Positions 18,631 through 27,500 of a stretch of 64,000 bases of DNA are shown here, piece after piece; the stretch's first letter is position 1, and each line of letters opens with the position of its first letter. The notes below the pieces were generated by a model. It did not search any database. It was not told the DNA's origin and was given only the letters and a program-made list of their open reading frames with translations. The translations under genes and the position numbers were made by a program. This DNA comes from Anaeromyxobacter sp. (GTDB lineage: Bacteria > Myxococcota > Myxococcia > Myxococcales > Anaeromyxobacteraceae): the NCBI GenBank assembly GCA_049840735.1, contig JASGJN010000022.1, forward strand, positions 384,001 to 448,000, given 5' to 3'.

Positions 18631-19677
18631 TCAGAACGCCCGCTCGGTCAGGTGCACCGCCGCCTCGTGCAGCGCGGCGCGGTGCGGGCCCTCGGGGACC
18701 AGCTCCAGCGCGGCCAGCGCGCGGTGCGTGTGCTCGCGGGCCATGGCGCGCGCCGCGTCGACGCCGCCGACGCGCTTCACGGCCTCGATCACCTCGACCG
18801 CCACGGCGTCGGCGGGGATGTTCCCCTCGACCACCGCGGCCAGCCGCTCGCGCAGCCGCCCATCGGCCTGGCAGGCGCGGATCAGCGGCAGCGTGGCCTT
18901 GCCCTCGATGAGGTCGGCGCCGAGCCGCTTGCCCAGCAGCGCCGGGTCGGCGGCGTAGTCCAGCGCGTCGTCCACCAGCTGGAAGGCGATGCCGATCCCC
19001 TCGCCGAACTGGATCAGCGCCTCCGGCACCTTGCCGGTGAGGCCGGCCGACCAGGCGCCGGCGGCGGCGGCCCAGCCGAAGAGCGAGGCGGTCTTGCCGA
19101 TGACGACGTCGAGGTAGTCCTTCTCCGTGGCCTGGAACCCGCCGCGCAGCGAGAGCTGCAGCACCTCGCCCTCCACCAGCCGGCGCATGGTGGCCAGCAG
19201 CGAGGGGAGCGCGGCCGAGCGGGCCGGCGCGGCGGAGACGATTTCCAGCGCGCGGGTCAGCAGCCAGTCGCCGGAGAGGACCGAGACGGCGTTGCCCCAG
19301 ATGACGCGCGAGGCCGGCTGGCCGCGCCGCAGCGGGCCGTCGTCGATCACGTCGTCGTGGAGCAGCGTGGCGGAGTGGGTCAGCTCGGCGGCCACCGCGT
19401 AGGGCACCGCCTCGCGCATCTCGCCGCCGCAGGCGCCGGCGGCCAGCAGCGTGACCATGGGCCGGATGCGCTTGCCGCCGGCCGAGACCAGGTGGCGCGC
19501 CGCGGCCCGGAGCTTCTCCTCGGCGTCCTCGGTGGCGCGGGTGAGCTGGACCTCCAGCTCGAGCAGGTTCTCCGGGAGGCTCGGGACGTCGGCCAGGGCG
19601 GCCTGGGCCCGCTCAGGGCGGACCCCGCGCTTCGCGCTCGCGTCGAGCTGCGAAAGGATGGCCTGCTCTCTCGCCAC
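18631..19677 (-). CDS. Long-chain trans-polyprenyl diphosphate synthase (IspB/HepT-like)
   Basis: GGKRIRP, ATLLHDDVIDD..LRRG, GKTASLF, FQLVDDALD, DLIEGKATLP. GTG at 19677 is preceded by GGAGG. Confidence 0.92.
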   Translation of the reverse strand: MAREQAILSQLDASAKRGVRPERAQAALADVPSLPENLLELEVQLTRATEDAEEKLRAAARHLVSAGGKRIRPMVTLLAAGACGGEMREAVPYAVAAELTHSATLLHDDVIDDGPLRRGQPASRVIWGNAVSVLSGDWLLTRALEIVSAAPARSAALPSLLATMRRLVEGEVLQLSLRGGFQATEKDYLDVVIGKTASLFGWAAAAGAWSAGLTGKVPEALIQFGEGIGIAFQLVDDALDYAADPALLGKRLGADLIEGKATLPLIRACQADGRLRERLAAVVEGNIPADAVAVEVIEAVKRVGGVDAARAMAREHTHRALAALELVPEGPHRAALHEAAVHLTERAF

Positions 19678-19699
19678 TGCGGACCTCCGGGGGACGCCG

Positions 19700-19750
19700 G
19701 CCTTCAACGAAAGTTGAAGGCATATAGCGCGGCGGGCGAGCCGGGGTCAA
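19700..19750 (-). promoter_or_regulatory. Sigma70-like promoter with a palindromic operator over the start region
   Basis: Minus strand TTGACC (19745-19750), an imperfect AT-rich -10 (CTATATG, 19721-19727), then GCCTTCAAC-N4-GTTGAAGGC (19700-19721, 9-bp perfect arms). Confidence 0.65.
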
Positions 19751-20003
19751 CGAAAGCCGGCCCCGTCCGGCGCCACGGCGGGCGCCCGTCCGCTCTCCGG
19801 GCTGGAACGGCCGCGGCACCGGCTTTCTCCGGGTGTGAAGGCGCGTGCTCCGCGGGGCGGACCCACGGTCCGCGGCGGGCCTGGTTCGCCCGCTGGCCCA
19901 GCGGCTGCACGGGAGCCGCGCGATCCCCGGGCGCCCGGCGGTCCGGCCGCCCCGGCCCGGATGGCGGGCGGCCCGGCGCGGGGACGGGGCGAGGGGGGAG
20001 CGC

Positions 20004-22073
20004 ATGCGGGTGGCGATGGTGTGGGTCGCGCTGGCGGCCGGGCTGGTGGGCTGTCCGTCCTCGAAGGGCGGGAAGCCGCCGGACTGCCCGCCGGAGCAGC
20101 AGGGGCCCGACGGCCAGTGCCTGCCGCCGGTGTGCGAGGGCTCGGGCCCCGCCTGCGGCTCGGCCTGCTGCGCCGCCGATCAGACCTGCGGCGGCGACGG
20201 GCGCTGCCACGGGCGCGCCTGCAGCGACCTGGCTCCGTGCGACGCCGGCGAGACCTGCAAGGCGGGCTTCTGCCTGTCGGCGGATCCGACCTGCGCCTGG
20301 ACCGCCGCGCCGGGGCCCTTCGCGCCGCGCATCGCCTGGCAGTGGACCGGCTCCGCCACGCTGCCGCAGTACCAGGACGTGCTCATGACGCCGGTGGTGA
20401 TCCAGCTCTCCCCGCTCTCCGGCGACCTGTTCGCGGCCCCGGCGGTGGTCTTCAACGCCATCCGTGGCGACGTGGGCGCGGCCGAGGAGGTGGAAGGCGT
20501 CATGCGCGCCGTCCGCGGCGAGGACGGCTCGGACCTGTGGACCAGCGACCCCGCCCACCTGGTCAACGGCCTCACCGGCATCGCCGCCGGCGACCTGCGC
20601 GGCGACGGCCACGTGACGCTGGTGACCGGCCGCTTCTCGCACGGCGACCCGGCCCAGGACGGCGTGGTGGCCTTCGACGAGGAGGGGCGGTTCAGGTGGG
20701 AGGTGATCGGCCCGCGGGTCCGCTGGGGCGCGCCCACCATCGCCAACCTGGACGGCGGGCCCGGCGCGCAGGTGATCGTGGGCGCCACGGTGATCGACGC
20801 CGACGGCCACGTCCTCTGCCAGGGCGCCTTCGGGCAGGGCTCCAACTTCATGGGGCCGATCTCGGCGGTGGCCGACGTGGACCTGGACGGGCGGCCGGAG
20901 ATCGTGACCGGCAACACCGCCTACGACGCCAGCTGCCAGCCGAAGCCGGGCTGGCCGGCCACCTACCCGGACGGCGCCACGCCGCGCGAGGACGGCACGG
21001 TGGCGGTGGCCGACTTCACGGGCGACGCGCACCCCGAGATCGTGGTGGTGGGCGCCGGCCAGGTGCGCCTGCACGACTGGCAGGGGAGGCTGCTCTGGGG
21101 GCCGTTCCCGCTGCCCGGCGGCGGCGCCGGCGGGCCGCCCACGGTGGCCGACTTCGACGGCGACGGGCGGCTGGAGATCGGCGTGGCCTCGCGCTCCACC
21201 TACTCGGTGCTGAAGCCCTTCGCGGCCGACCCGGTGGTCTGGTCGCGGCCGACGCAGGACCACTCCGACGTGACCGGCAGCTCGGTCTTCGACTTCGAGG
21301 GGAACGGCAGCGCCGAGGTGGTCTACGGCGACGAGTGCTACACCCACGTCTACGCCGGGCGCGACGGGGCCACGCTCTTCGAGGCGGAGAACCCGAGCTG
21401 CACCACGCAGGAGAACCCGGTGGTGGCCGACGTGAACCGCGACGGCCGGGCGGAGATCGTGGTGCCCACCAACTCGGTCTGCAACTACGCCTGCCCGTGG
21501 GGCGACCAGTACGGCTCGGGCCACGGCGTCACGGTCTACAAGGACCTGAACGACCGCTGGGTGGGGACGCGCCCAGTCTGGAACCAGCACGCCTACGCGG
21601 TGACCAACGTGGGTGACGACGGCGTCATCCCGCAGTCGGCCGCCGACTTCTGGCGGCTCCCGGGGCTGAACGCCTTCCGCAAGAACACCGAGGGCAGCCT
21701 GAACTCGGCCGCGCCCGACCTGGCGGTGGACCACGTGGACGTGTCGGTGGACCCGGGCGCCTGCCCGGACCGGCTCACGGTCACGGTGCAGGTCTGGAAC
21801 CGCGGCGCGGTGCCGGTGGCGCCGGGCGTGCCGGTCGCGTTCCGCAGCGACCCTGCCGGCGACGTGCTGGGCGTGGTCCAGACCGCGACCCGGATCCTGC
21901 CCGGCCAGGCGGAGGCGGTGAAGCTGGTGCTCCAGCACCCGAGCCAGACGCCCGCCGGCCTCGCCGTGCAGGTGGACGACGACGGCACCGGGCACGGCGT
22001 GGTGGGCGAGTGCGACGAGTCGAACAACGGCGCGAAGACCGGCGACGCCTTCTGCACGGGCAACGGGCTCTGA
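20004..22073 (+). CDS. FG-GAP/VCBS-repeat lipoprotein with Cys-rich N-terminus and CARDB-like C-terminal domain
   Basis: Lipobox LVGC; repeats ADVDLDGRPEIV, ADFTGDAHPEIV, ADFDGDGRLEIG, ADVNRDGRAEIV; C-terminal PDLAV...VWNRG...ECDESNN. Confidence 0.85.
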   Translation: MRVAMVWVALAAGLVGCPSSKGGKPPDCPPEQQGPDGQCLPPVCEGSGPACGSACCAADQTCGGDGRCHGRACSDLAPCDAGETCKAGFCLSADPTCAWTAAPGPFAPRIAWQWTGSATLPQYQDVLMTPVVIQLSPLSGDLFAAPAVVFNAIRGDVGAAEEVEGVMRAVRGEDGSDLWTSDPAHLVNGLTGIAAGDLRGDGHVTLVTGRFSHGDPAQDGVVAFDEEGRFRWEVIGPRVRWGAPTIANLDGGPGAQVIVGATVIDADGHVLCQGAFGQGSNFMGPISAVADVDLDGRPEIVTGNTAYDASCQPKPGWPATYPDGATPREDGTVAVADFTGDAHPEIVVVGAGQVRLHDWQGRLLWGPFPLPGGGAGGPPTVADFDGDGRLEIGVASRSTYSVLKPFAADPVVWSRPTQDHSDVTGSSVFDFEGNGSAEVVYGDECYTHVYAGRDGATLFEAENPSCTTQENPVVADVNRDGRAEIVVPTNSVCNYACPWGDQYGSGHGVTVYKDLNDRWVGTRPVWNQHAYAVTNVGDDGVIPQSAADFWRLPGLNAFRKNTEGSLNSAAPDLAVDHVDVSVDPGACPDRLTVTVQVWNRGAVPVAPGVPVAFRSDPAGDVLGVVQTATRILPGQAEAVKLVLQHPSQTPAGLAVQVDDDGTGHGVVGECDESNNGAKTGDAFCTGNGL

Positions 22074-24530
22074 TCAGTCCTCCACCACCACCGTGACCGG
22101 CGCGCTCACCACCGCGCGCCCGGCCAGCGCGGCGGTGATCACGTGGCGCCCCGGCACCGGCCGCCAGCGCGCCTCGTGCGGATAGCCGACCGTGGCGATG
22201 GGCGTCCCGTCCACCAGCCAGACCACCGGCTCGCCGGCCGGCGTGGCCCGCGCCTGCAGCCGGATGGTGGCGGCCTCGGCAGGCGTGTCCGGATCCCACA
22301 GGTAGCGGGCGCGCGGCCGCGGCTCGAGGATGGTGACGCCGGGCGGCTGCTCCGGGCCAGGGCAGAGCGGGCTCTCTTGCAGCGGCGCCACCTCCAGCCG
22401 CTGCCCGGCGGCCCAGGAGGCGTAGCGCGCCGGGAGGTCGAGCAGCACCGGCCGGCGCACCCAGCGGGCCGGACAGCCGGCGCCGGCGCGCAGGCCGTTG
22501 CGCGCGTCGAGGGGGACCTGGCGGTGCCAGGGGCAGCGCTCCAGGGGCTCGGTGCCGGGGGCGAAGTGCTCGCTCCGCGCGTGCGGGCAGTGGGGCCCGG
22601 CCAGGCGCCCGGAGAGCGCACAGACCGTGCGCGCCACCCAGCCGGCCGGCATCGGGAAGGCCAGGAGCGGCGCGCGCTGCGGCGCCCGCAGCGGCGAGAC
22701 GGCGTCGAGGATGGCGTGGGCCGCGCCGGCGGCGCCGGTGAGCCCGGTGACGCGGTTCATGCGCCGCCAGTCGTGGTTCCCGACCCAGACCGCCACCACC
22801 AGCCGGTCGCTGTAGGCCACGGCCCAGGCGTCGCGGAAGCCCTGGCTGGTGCCGGTCTTGACCGCCACCGCCTGGTCGTAGTCGAGCGCGCTGCCGGGCG
22901 GGAAGCTGGGGCGCCGCGCCTCCGGGTCGGCGAGGAGCTGCGCCGTGAAGCCGGCCACGTCCTGGCGCAGCAGCCGGCGCCCGGCCGGCACCGGCACGTC
23001 GGCGAAGGTCCGCAGCGGGAGCCAGGTCCCGCCGCGCGCCAGCATGGCGTAGAGCCCGGCCACCTCCTCCAGCGTGACCGGCAGGTTGCCGATGGCCACG
23101 CCCAGCCCATAGCGCCCCGGCTCGCGCGAGATCCCGGCCACGCCGCCGGCCTCGAGCAGGTCCAGCACGCGCGGCACGCCCACCTCCGAGGTGACCCGCA
23201 GCGCCGGGATGTTGCGCGAGTTGGCCAGCGCCTCGCGCAGCAGCATGGGGCCGAAGAAGAGGTGGTTGGCGTTCTCCGGCAGGAAGGAGCGCCCGCTCTC
23301 CCACTGGAAGTCCATGGGCGTGTCCTCGAGCTCGCTGGCGGCGGTCAGCCGGCCGGACTCGAGCGCGAGGGCGTAGATGAAGGGCTTGAGCGCCGAGCCG
23401 GGCGAGCGGCGCACGCGGGCGTAGTCGATGCCGCCGCGGGCCTCCTCGGCGAAGTAGTCGGCCGAGCCGACGTGGGCCAGCACCGCGCCGTCCTCGGGAT
23501 CGAGCACCAGCGCGGCGGTGTTGCCCGCGCCGGCGGCCTGCAGGCCGGCCAGGTTGTCGGCCAGGACGCGCGCCACCTTCCCCTCGATCTCCAGGTCGAG
23601 CGTGGTGGTGCGGATGGGGCGCTCGGGCCGGCGGTCGCGCAGCGCCGCCTCCCCCAGCGCCAGCACCGCGTGCAGCGCGGCGGGATCCCGGCGCGGCCGC
23701 GGCGCCAGCCCCAGGTCGCCCTGGAGCGCCTGCGCCAGCTCGGCGTCGTCGAGGTAGCCGCGGGCGTGCAGCGCGCGCAGGATGCGGTGCGCCCGCCGGA
23801 TCCCCCGCGCCAGCCCGGCCGGCTCGCGCGGGTTCATGAGCCCGGGCGCCTGCGGGAGGCCGGCCAGGTAGGCGGCCTGCAGCCAGGAGAGGTCCTCCAC
23901 CGGCTTGTCGAAGTAGAGGCGCGCGGCCCGCGCCACGCCGCGCACGTTGTTGCCGTAGGGGGCCAGCGTCAGGTAATGCCGCAGCACCGCGTCGTGGCCG
24001 TGGTGGCGCACCAGCAGCACCGCCTCGACGGCCTCGCGCGCCTTGCGCAGCAGCGTGCGCCGCCCCGGCGACTGCAGCCGCGCCGTCTGCATGGCGATGG
24101 TCGAGCCCCCGGAGACGATCCGCAGCGCCCGCAGATCCTGCCAGGCGGCCCGGGCCAGCGCGCCGGGTCGGACGCCGGCGTGCTCGAAGAAGGTCCGGTC
24201 CTCCGTCTCCAGCGTGGCGGCCAGGATCCGCCGCGGGACCTCCGGCGGCAGCGGCCAGTACCCCAGCGCCTCGCCCTGGCCGGGCAGCTCGCCCAGGTAG
24301 GCGCCGCGGCGGTCGAGCAGCAGCGTGGAGGGGCGCGGCGCGGCCAGGTCGGTGCGGAGGTCCCGGCAGGTGGCGGCCACCAGGGCCGCGACCAGCAGCG
24401 CCGCCAGGCGGAGGCGGCGCCGCCAGGCCCAGGCGGCGAGCGGCGCCAGGCCGGCCGCGGCCCGGCGCACCGCCCGGACCGCCTGCCGGCCAGCCGCCGC
24501 CACCGCCGCGCGGGCCTGGCCGAGGTTCAC
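22074..24530 (-). CDS. pbpC: Penicillin-binding protein 1C
   Basis: Transglycosylase motifs EDRTF and GGSTIAMQ; transpeptidase SALK, SRN, KTGT; Cys-rich plus Ig-like C-terminus; GTGA-coupled to the A2M gene. Confidence 0.9.
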   Translation of the reverse strand: MNLGQARAAVAAAGRQAVRAVRRAAAGLAPLAAWAWRRRLRLAALLVAALVAATCRDLRTDLAAPRPSTLLLDRRGAYLGELPGQGEALGYWPLPPEVPRRILAATLETEDRTFFEHAGVRPGALARAAWQDLRALRIVSGGSTIAMQTARLQSPGRRTLLRKAREAVEAVLLVRHHGHDAVLRHYLTLAPYGNNVRGVARAARLYFDKPVEDLSWLQAAYLAGLPQAPGLMNPREPAGLARGIRRAHRILRALHARGYLDDAELAQALQGDLGLAPRPRRDPAALHAVLALGEAALRDRRPERPIRTTTLDLEIEGKVARVLADNLAGLQAAGAGNTAALVLDPEDGAVLAHVGSADYFAEEARGGIDYARVRRSPGSALKPFIYALALESGRLTAASELEDTPMDFQWESGRSFLPENANHLFFGPMLLREALANSRNIPALRVTSEVGVPRVLDLLEAGGVAGISREPGRYGLGVAIGNLPVTLEEVAGLYAMLARGGTWLPLRTFADVPVPAGRRLLRQDVAGFTAQLLADPEARRPSFPPGSALDYDQAVAVKTGTSQGFRDAWAVAYSDRLVVAVWVGNHDWRRMNRVTGLTGAAGAAHAILDAVSPLRAPQRAPLLAFPMPAGWVARTVCALSGRLAGPHCPHARSEHFAPGTEPLERCPWHRQVPLDARNGLRAGAGCPARWVRRPVLLDLPARYASWAAGQRLEVAPLQESPLCPGPEQPPGVTILEPRPRARYLWDPDTPAEAATIRLQARATPAGEPVVWLVDGTPIATVGYPHEARWRPVPGRHVITAALAGRAVVSAPVTVVVED

Positions 24531-27500
24531 TTTTCGTGCTCCCCGGTGATGCGGACGCGCAGGCCGGCGCCGCGGCCGCGGACCTCCTGGCGGTACATCA
24601 GCTCGGCGAACGGCGCGGGCTGCACGAAGGAGCCCTCGCTGCTGGCGCGGACGCGGAAGTGGAAGGACTGCGTCCCGGCCGGCAGCCGGTCGAAGTAGTA
24701 GCGGAGCTCGCCGTCCAGCCGCTGCACCGCGGTGGGCGCCAGCGTGTCTGCCTGCGAGGGCGTGCCGATGGCGCCGGTGGTCTGCAGGGCCGGGTTGAGC
24801 AGCTCCAGGCCGCCGGCGAACGGGACCACCAGCGCCACGTGGAACCGCTCCTCGGCGCTGGTGACGCGGGTGTGCAGCTCGAGCACGTCGCCCACCGCCA
24901 GGGTGCGGACCTCGCCGGCCTGGTCCGGCCGCTCGGGCGCCAGGGTCCCGTCCTGCGCCACGGCCGAGCTGGAGCGCGCCACCGAGAGGCCCTGCGCGGT
25001 GGCGGCCACGCGGTCGCCGGGCGCGGCCGGCACGTAGGCGTAGGCCACCCGGACGCCGGCCGGCGCGCCCTCCAGCTTGCCGGAGAGCGGCGCCTCGCCC
25101 CTGGCGGTGAGCGCCCCCACCTTGCGCGTGCCGTCCACGTCGAGCGCCGCCTGGCCGGTCAGCTTCAGGCTGGACGCGGGCAGCTGCGGCTGCGGCAGAT
25201 CGAGGTAGGTGGCCAGCGCCTCCAGCCCGCGGCGGGTGGCATGGGCGTCGCCGAAGCCGCGGTCCGGGCGCGCGTAGGAGAGCAGGCCGTCGCGGAGCTG
25301 CGCCTGGCGCGGATCGGTGGGGTCGAGCAGGAGGAGGCTGCGCCAGACCGCGGCCACCGCCGAGGCGTCCGAGCCGAGGTAGCCGCCGCCCCAGCCGTTG
25401 CGCCCCCAGCGCAGCCCGTCGAAGACCGGCTTGCCGTCGCGCAGCTTGAACACGACCGTGCTCCAGAGCTGCTCCTTCAGCGCCGCCAGGTTGGTCCGGT
25501 AGAGGTCGGGGCGGCCGTTCATGGCCGCGGCCAGGTCGGCCACGCTGGTCGCGTCCATGCCGGCGCGGGCCTGGAAGAGGTCCACCGCGTAGTGCTCGTC
25601 GAGGTGGCCGGTGCGGGAGAGCGCCGCCAGCGCGGCGGTGCGCTGGTTGGGCTCGAAGCCGCGCCAGGCGCCGGGGTAGTCGCTGCGCAGCGCCTTCGCC
25701 AGCGCCTCGCCGGCGCGCTTCTCCACCTTCTCGTCCACCGGCAGCCCGGCGGCGCGCAGCGCGCGCAGCAGCTCCAGCACCTGCGCGGTCAGCGCCACGT
25801 CGCCCTTGTTGCCCGGCCAGTAGGCCAGGAGCCCGGCCTCGTCCTGGTGCAGCGGCAGGTCGGCCAGGAGGCGGCGCGCCGCGGCCTGCGCCTGCGCGTC
25901 GGGGCCGGGGAGCCCCAGCCGCGAGAGCACGCCGGCGAGCCCCACGCGCGCCCAGACGCGGGCGGCCCGCTGCTCCAGGCACTCGTGCGGATAGGCGTCC
26001 AGGTAGTCCACGCCGGAGATGAGCTCCAGCACGCCGGGGACCGAGGTCAGCGCCACGTCCTGGCGGACCGTGCCCGGGCGCGGGGCCTCGGGGAACGGGC
26101 GCAGCGTGACCGGGCCGGGCGCGAGCCGCTCGACGTAGGCGAACCGCTCCACGGTCCGGTCCGGCTGCACCGGGATCTTCACCTCGAAGGCGTCGCCCAC
26201 CCCGTCGGCGGCGCGGGTGACGCCCACCTGCACCGTCAGCTCGGAGCTGCCGGGCACGGCGGCCACGGTGACCGGGGTGAGGCCGCTCACCGGCTGCTCC
26301 GGCGAGAGCTGCACCGGCACCGACTGCTTGGCCTGCGCGGCCTGGCCGTTCACCTGGATGGAGACGGTGCCGGCGCCGCCGGCGCCCTCCAGCACGCGCG
26401 CCACGCCGCCCGGCCAGAACCGGTCGCCGCTGCGCACCAGCCGCGGCAGCTGCGGCTGGATCAGCACCGGCAGCCGGACCCGCAGCGTGCTCTGGTGCAG
26501 CCCGAAGCGGGCCGTGCCCGAGGCCGCCACCGCGCGGACGCGGAAGTCGGTCAGGTCGTCGGAGAGCGTGACCGGCACCACCAGCCTGCCGGAGGCCGGG
26601 ACCTGCAGCGTGGCCTGGTAGAACGGCACGGTCTTGAAGTTCTTGCGCACGACGGGGCGCTGGGCCACGCCGCCGACTCGGGCCTCGGCCGAGAGCTCCT
26701 CGCCGTCGCCGCCCGGCTCCTCCTCCAGCTCCAGCACCCGGCCCACCGCCAGGTTGCGGGTGTCGCGCACGGTGGTGGCGCGGCGGTTGGGCTCGATGAA
26801 GCGGGAGAGCGGATCGAGGGGCCCCTCCCTGGCCAGCGACAGCACCGCCGCGTCCACCAGCCAGAGCGTCACCTCGCCCGCGAGCGGCCGCTTCGCCTCG
26901 TCGGAGAGCGTGAGCTCCAGCTCCACCCTGGCGCCCGGCCGGACCGACTCGGGGTGCTTCACCACCACCCGCACCTGGTTCTGGACCGGCTCCACCTTCA
27001 GGTCGAGCGAGCCGGCCACGGTGAGCGGCCGGTAGCGGCCGTCGTCCTGGGTCCCCTCGCCCAGCCGGCCGCGCAGCACCACCGCGTGGACCGGGAGGTT
27101 GGGCACGTGGCGGGCCTCGACGGGCAGCTCGGCCACGGCCTTGCCGCCGCTGACGTCCAGCCAGCGGTAGACGTTGCCGACGGGCTCCTCGACGATCACC
27201 AGCGCGCGGCCGGTCTGGACCGGGCTCTCGATCACCACCCGCGCCGTCTGGCCGGGCGCATGGCTGGGCCTGTCCGGCGTGAGCTGGATGATCCCCTCGC
27301 GCGGCTTCTGCCAGGCCACCGGCCCGGGGCCGCCGGCGTAGAGGTCGGCGGAGAGCGTCTGCACGCGGCCGAGGCGATCGCGGCCGGTCAGCTCCACCAC
27401 GTAGACGCCGGCCTCGGAGATGGGGAAGGCGGCCGTCACCGGGCCGGCCTCGGTCTTGATCCGCTTCTCGGCGACCTTCACGTCCTCCTGCTCGGTCAGG

